NCBI GenBank assembly: GCA_900770635.1
Contig: CAAGLB010000078.1
Coordinates: forward strand, 59,857-123,856
Length of the DNA: 64,000 bases
Reading direction: 5' to 3'
Source: an uncultured Alistipes sp.
GTDB lineage: Bacteria; Bacteroidota; Bacteroidia; Bacteroidales; Rikenellaceae
Shown here: piece after piece, positions 59,836 through 64,000 of the stretch
Layout of the letters: each line of letters opens with the position of its first letter
How positions within the stretch are numbered: position 1 is the stretch's first letter
Translations under genes and position numbers: made by a program
The notes under the pieces: generated by a model
The model's database searches: none
Told to the model about the DNA's origin: nothing
Seen by the model: the letters and a program-made list of their open reading frames with translations, nothing else

Positions 59836-61266
59836 ATGCAGAGATATATCTACAATATTGCAACCTTAGTAGCAACCCTTGCTGCTATTGTGTTGGTGGG
59901 CTGCGGCATTAGCGACGAGCGTGCCCACACCCTCAAGGTATACAACTGGGGTGACTATATCGACGAGAACCTCATTGCCGAGTTCGAGGAGTGGTACGAG
60001 GAGCAGACAGGCGAGCCTGTGTCGATTATCTACCAGACCTTCGACATCAACGAGGTTATGCTCGCAAAGATCGAGAATGGCCATGCCGACTTCGACGTGG
60101 TGTGCCCTTCGGAGTATATCATCGAGCGTATGATGCGAGGCGACATGCTTCAGCCTATCCTCACACCAGAATTTGAGGCGGAGATTAACGACAAAAACAT
60201 CAACTACTTCGACTGCGTATCGCCATATATCAAGGAGCAGTTCTCGCTGTTGGAGGCCCCCGAGGGCAAAGATCCTAACGACTACTCGGTGGGTTATATG
60301 TGGGGTACTACGGGTATCTTGTACAACGAGAAGTATGTCACCGAGGAGGAGGCTATGTCGTGGAGCTTGATGTTCGACAAGAGGCTTCAGGATAAGATCT
60401 TCGTCAAGGATGCCTTTCGTGATGTCTACTCTCCTATCTTGGTATATGCCAAGACCTTGGAGAAGCGAGCAAGTGGAGAACTTGGCGAAAATGAGATGCT
60501 CGACATCGAGACCATACGTGAGCTAATGTACGACTCGTCGGACGAGTCTATCGCCTTGGTCGAGAGTTACCTTAAGCGCATGAAGGAGCTTGTAGCGGGC
60601 TGGGAGGCCGACTTCGGCAAGGAGATGATGACGCAGGAGAAGGCGTGGATCAACCTCATGTGGAGTGGCGATGCCGTATGGGCTATTGAGGAGGCTACTG
60701 AGGTGGGCGTTGAGTTGGCATATACCGTTCCTAAGGAGGGCAGCGTGGTGTGGTTCGACGGCTGGGTGATACCTAAGTATGCCGTAAACACACGTGCTGC
60801 ACGCTACTTCATCAACTTTATGTGTAAGCCCGAAAATGCCATTCGCAATATGGACGCTACGGGATATGTGAGCGTTGTCACCACCGAGGAGGTCATGGAT
60901 TATATGTCGAGCGAAGAGGACTACGACGAGGCTATCGACCTAAGCTACTTGTTTGTACATGCCGATGGCACACCTATCGAGGGTGCTGACAGTGTGTTTA
61001 CCGATCCAGTGTTGTACCCATGTCGCTCGGTTATAGACCGTTGCGCCGTTATGCACGACTCGGGCGACCGCACCGACAAGATGCTCGAGATGTGGTCACG
61101 TGTCAAGGGCGACAACCTATCAACAGGCATGCTCGTGGGCATCATCTTATTCTTCTCGGCAATGCTCATCTGGGGCATCGCACGCAAGATAGCTGCCTAT
61201 CGCAAGCACCGCAAGCACATGAAGCGTCGCCACAAATATGCCAAAGAGGCAAACAACAAAAAATAA
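59836..61266 (+). CDS. potD: Spermidine/putrescine-binding lipoprotein with an extra C-terminal TM helix and basic tail
   Basis: Lipobox LVGCG. PotD/PotF-type periplasmic binding fold. C-terminal MLVGIILFFSAMLIWGIA then RKIAAYRKHRKHMKRRHKYAKEANNKK. Confidence 0.75.
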   Translation: MQRYIYNIATLVATLAAIVLVGCGISDERAHTLKVYNWGDYIDENLIAEFEEWYEEQTGEPVSIIYQTFDINEVMLAKIENGHADFDVVCPSEYIIERMMRGDMLQPILTPEFEAEINDKNINYFDCVSPYIKEQFSLLEAPEGKDPNDYSVGYMWGTTGILYNEKYVTEEEAMSWSLMFDKRLQDKIFVKDAFRDVYSPILVYAKTLEKRASGELGENEMLDIETIRELMYDSSDESIALVESYLKRMKELVAGWEADFGKEMMTQEKAWINLMWSGDAVWAIEEATEVGVELAYTVPKEGSVVWFDGWVIPKYAVNTRAARYFINFMCKPENAIRNMDATGYVSVVTTEEVMDYMSSEEDYDEAIDLSYLFVHADGTPIEGADSVFTDPVLYPCRSVIDRCAVMHDSGDRTDKMLEMWSRVKGDNLSTGMLVGIILFFSAMLIWGIARKIAAYRKHRKHMKRRHKYAKEANNKK

Positions 61267-61296
61267 ACTATTTATAAACTATAAAACCTATTAAAG

Positions 61297-62157
61297 ATGA
61301 CAAGAAAGGTATTTTCCCTCCTTGCCACCCTTGCGCTCTCGGTATCGGCGCAGGCAACAACATTTACTCCAACAGACGATTTTGAGCCCACAGCACAGCT
61401 CGCCCCACAGCCAGCATCGGATAGCGATGACGACAAGTGGGAGTTTTGGTGGGAGGGAGGCTTCGACCTCGCATCAAACTATATGTGGCGTGGCTACGAC
61501 CAGTCGTACACAGGTAACCTCTTTGATCCATCGTTCCAGCCATCACTAACACTTGGCTATGGCAAGTTCTACATCAACCTATGGGGTAATGCCTCGCTAT
61601 TGAGCGACTATAAGGAGTTTGACATGTTCCTCGGCTTCGACCACGAGAATCTATCAGTTACCATCTACGATGTGTTCTGTGGCGTAGGCCCCGACTTTGG
61701 CAACAGCAGCTTCTTTGATGGCGAGAAGCACAACCTCACAGCAACCGTCGACTATACCCTCTTCGACTGCTTGCGCCTACACTGGGCAACGACCTTCCTC
61801 CACGCCTCCGACTGGCACTACAACGAGGATGGCTCACGCAACCGCCGTGCCTTCTCGTCATACTTTGAGTTGGCTTATAGCCACACTTTTGGCGACATTG
61901 TCGAGATGGAGGTTATCGCTGGTGCAGCACCCTGGACAGGTCCTTTCTGGATGGCAGGTCCTCGAGTTATGGTTGATGGCGCTTACACCCTCGACTTCGA
62001 CAACCAGCCACAGGGCTTCAACGTCACTAACCTAAGCCTCGCTCTACGTCGCAACTTCGAGCTTAGCAACATCACAATCCCTGTTGAGTTGGGCTACACC
62101 TTCAACCCTACCACCAAGCGCCACTACGGATTGCTCAAAGCGGGATTTGCGTTCTAA
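61297..62157 (+). CDS. Outer-membrane beta-barrel protein, function unknown
   Basis: Signal peptide (ALSVSAQA). Alternating amphipathic strands. C-terminal aromatic residue (..GFAF*). Confidence 0.5.
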   Translation: MTRKVFSLLATLALSVSAQATTFTPTDDFEPTAQLAPQPASDSDDDKWEFWWEGGFDLASNYMWRGYDQSYTGNLFDPSFQPSLTLGYGKFYINLWGNASLLSDYKEFDMFLGFDHENLSVTIYDVFCGVGPDFGNSSFFDGEKHNLTATVDYTLFDCLRLHWATTFLHASDWHYNEDGSRNRRAFSSYFELAYSHTFGDIVEMEVIAGAAPWTGPFWMAGPRVMVDGAYTLDFDNQPQGFNVTNLSLALRRNFELSNITIPVELGYTFNPTTKRHYGLLKAGFAF

Positions 62158-62188
62158 CAGAGTAGAAAACACATTAATCAGCACACAC

Positions 62189-62318
62189 ATTTCTTGTCAG
62201 AAGTTGTGCTATGTGACATATCGCAAAAGGGAGCACCCGAGGATAGTAGTAGACCTACAGCCTCGGGTGCTCAACTTTTCGGGATGTGCCGCAGAGTGCA
62301 GCTTATCACAAGAAATTA
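62189..62318 (+). mobile_element. MITE-like element, copy 6 (subfamily A, diverged ends)
   Basis: ATTTCTTGTCAGAAG ... GCTTATCACAAGAAATT with the conserved GAGCACCCGAGG..CCTCGGGTGCTCAACTTTT core. Terminal TTA equals the stop of the MFS transporter gene. Confidence 0.6.
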
Positions 62319-63551
62319 TCTCAACTTATGTTGGTGAAAATGCGGTGTGACAACATACTTGAAGAAGATGAGCGCCAAGACGATAAGTCCTGCACCAATC
62401 ATATAGCAATAGGAATAATCGAACTCCGAGATATAGCCACCCAACAACATACCGCCACCGATGCCCACGTCCCAGCCAGTGAGGTATGTGGCATTTGCAG
62501 TAGCACGACGTGAGTTGGGAGCGAGGTTGATAAATAGCGTGTTATAGGCAGGGAACATCGTGCCATAGCCATAGCCAAACAAGAAGGCTGTGAGGAAGTA
62601 GCAGACATATCCCGCTGCGATGCTCCACGACGACACCGTAGAGAGTATCGCCTCGCCAAAGCCACCAACAAGGGCGATACATATTCCCACCAATATCGTT
62701 TCGGTGACAAATCCCCTATCTACACGCTTGCCCGAGTGCAGTCGTGAGGTGATGAGTCCCGCAGCCATAACCGTGAAGAACAGGCCTGCATTGTGCGTTA
62801 TGCCCGATTGCTCAGCATAGAGTGCCATGTAGCTGGTGGTCATACCATAAGGCATGGCCAAAAGGAAGAAGGCAAAGCATGCACGAACACCCTCTTTAAG
62901 GAAAAATCTATCTGCCGAAAGCTTAAACTCCGTTTTCTCGAGTTGCTTACGTGGCGCACGCACCAAAGCACCCAGCGTCAAGCCTACTATACCTGTAACA
63001 AGCGATGTAAGGAACAATAGCGTATAGTTGCCTGACGACACAACGAACAGACCTACCATAGGGCCAAAAGCCATAGCGAGGTTGTTCGTAACGCCATAAT
63101 AGCCAAGGCCTTCGCCACGTCGTGATGAAGGCATAACGTCGATAACAAGCGTATTACCCGCAGTTGTAAGCATGCCGAACGAGAAGCCATGAAATACACG
63201 CAACAGGATAAATAGAGCCAAGGTCTGCGTTATAAAGAAGTAGCCGAGGAATGAGGCCACAAATATTGCATAGGCAGTGATATATACCTGCTTACGTGGC
63301 AACGTGTCGGCGATGAATCCCGTCATAGGGCGTATCGACAACACTGCAATGACGTAGCACGACAGCACCACGCCCACCAACGCAGGGCTAATACCAAAGG
63401 TATCTTTGAGATACATCGGCAGCGTGGGCACAAGGATAAAGAACGAGAACGACATCATAAATGCTGCAATGCAAACAAATATGTAGTCACGAGTAAATAG
63501 CCTATCTTGCTTAGTGTCAGACATATCGCACAATAAATTAATCGTTATCAC
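62316..63551 (-). CDS. MFS transporter
   Basis: 411 aa, 12 TM helices. Confidence 0.75.
   Translation of the reverse strand: MITINLLCDMSDTKQDRLFTRDYIFVCIAAFMMSFSFFILVPTLPMYLKDTFGISPALVGVVLSCYVIAVLSIRPMTGFIADTLPRKQVYITAYAIFVASFLGYFFITQTLALFILLRVFHGFSFGMLTTAGNTLVIDVMPSSRRGEGLGYYGVTNNLAMAFGPMVGLFVVSSGNYTLLFLTSLVTGIVGLTLGALVRAPRKQLEKTEFKLSADRFFLKEGVRACFAFFLLAMPYGMTTSYMALYAEQSGITHNAGLFFTVMAAGLITSRLHSGKRVDRGFVTETILVGICIALVGGFGEAILSTVSSWSIAAGYVCYFLTAFLFGYGYGTMFPAYNTLFINLAPNSRRATANATYLTGWDVGIGGGMLLGGYISEFDYSYCYMIGAGLIVLALIFFKYVVTPHFHQHKLR
63524..63540 (+). repeat. Solo right-end fragment of the MITE-like element
   Basis: TATCGCACAATAAATTA matches the element right terminus (TTATCACAA[C/T]AAATTA). 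Again its TTA is the stop codon of the adjacent minus-strand gene. Confidence 0.4.
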
Positions 63552-64000
63552 GCTCTACTGACGCACCTCCCGACTTCGACACCTCGACTTTTGCGGGGTT
63601 GCCCTTGTAGCTGACATCTGCACCGCCCGAGGCGATAACCGTCAACGACTCAGCGACATACACCTCGACATCTGCGCCTCCCGAGGCAGCTACGTTAGCA
63701 CTTGCAGCACATAGCTCGTCCAACGACAGGTCGGCACCTCCTGAGGCTGCCGCAGTCAAGTATTTACACACGCCATCAATATCTACATCGGCACCACCAG
63801 ACGCAGCAATGGTAAGCTGCTCGCCACGATAGCCATCATCTGAGAACTCAGCACCGCCCGACACAGCCAACGTAGAGTAATCAAACTTTGGGATACGCAC
63901 CTCAAGGCTATTTGTCGATAGGGAGCGAGGAGCATCGAGCTTAATATTGAGGGTATTATTCTCGACATATACCTTTACATAGTCTATGACGTCGCTATGC
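63538..64000 (-). CDS. DUF2807/DUF4097-type (GIN-domain, adhesin-head-like) protein, C-terminal part
   Basis: Repeated ASGGADV beta-helix units. The reading frame stays open to the window edge (..HSDVIDYVKVYVENNTLNIKLDAPRSL..), so the N-terminus lies beyond 64000. Confidence 0.6.
   Translation of the reverse strand, partial: HSDVIDYVKVYVENNTLNIKLDAPRSLSTNSLEVRIPKFDYSTLAVSGGAEFSDDGYRGEQLTIAASGGADVDIDGVCKYLTAAASGGADLSLDELCAASANVAASGGADVEVYVAESLTVIASGGADVSYKGNPAKVEVSKSGGASVERDND

Overview
This 64-kb window looks like a Bacteroidales chromosome segment. The Bacteroidetes-type -7 promoter motif TAnnTTTG recurs, the lpxC-fabZ gene is fused, and the sequence is lipoprotein-rich at roughly 50% GC. 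The housekeeping backbone reads: rpsT 5' end and tRNA-Glu; an iron/B12-type ABC importer; tRNA-Pro; dut; lpxA and lpxC/fabZ; a K+/H+ antiporter; argR; thiL; aroQ; buk-ptb-ackA; pyrG; yidC; an S9 peptidase; proS; and potABCD. Interleaved are several accessory or unusual segments. (1) 6.3-9.1 kb is a decayed, repeat-dense segment next to the initiator tRNA-fMet. It holds a upp pseudogene with an internal deletion, an ECF sigma/anti-sigma pair, three families of short hairpin repeats, and an inverted copy of the tRNA 3' end. (2) 9.1-14.0 kb is a five-gene heterodisulfide-reductase-like operon with the layout HdrC - HdrB - truncated HdrA-like flavoprotein - small 2x[4Fe-4S] ferredoxin - fused membrane cytochrome-b/HdrD (HdrED-like). 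(3) 14.3-26.8 kb is an eight-gene run of lipoproteins on one strand. It includes two leucine-rich-repeat proteins (one with a BACON domain), a subtilisin-like S8 peptidase, a DUF1573 protein and a large protein of tandem Ig/Fn3-like repeats. (4) 49.2-51.9 kb is a 2.7-kb islet with an XRE-HTH/S24-peptidase (CI/LexA-like) repressor divergent from a small ORF and an intact phage terminase large-subunit homolog, with no other phage genes. (5) A roughly 130-bp MITE-like element has 10-17 bp terminal inverted repeats, mostly TA flanks and an internal terminator-like hairpin. It is present in six full copies plus one end fragment, all in the same orientation. Each copy abuts the stop codon of a minus-strand gene so that the element's terminal TTA is that stop codon. 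Three copies are preceded by a TACCCAT-rich companion repeat. No CRISPR array, rRNA or intact transposase/integrase gene was seen.
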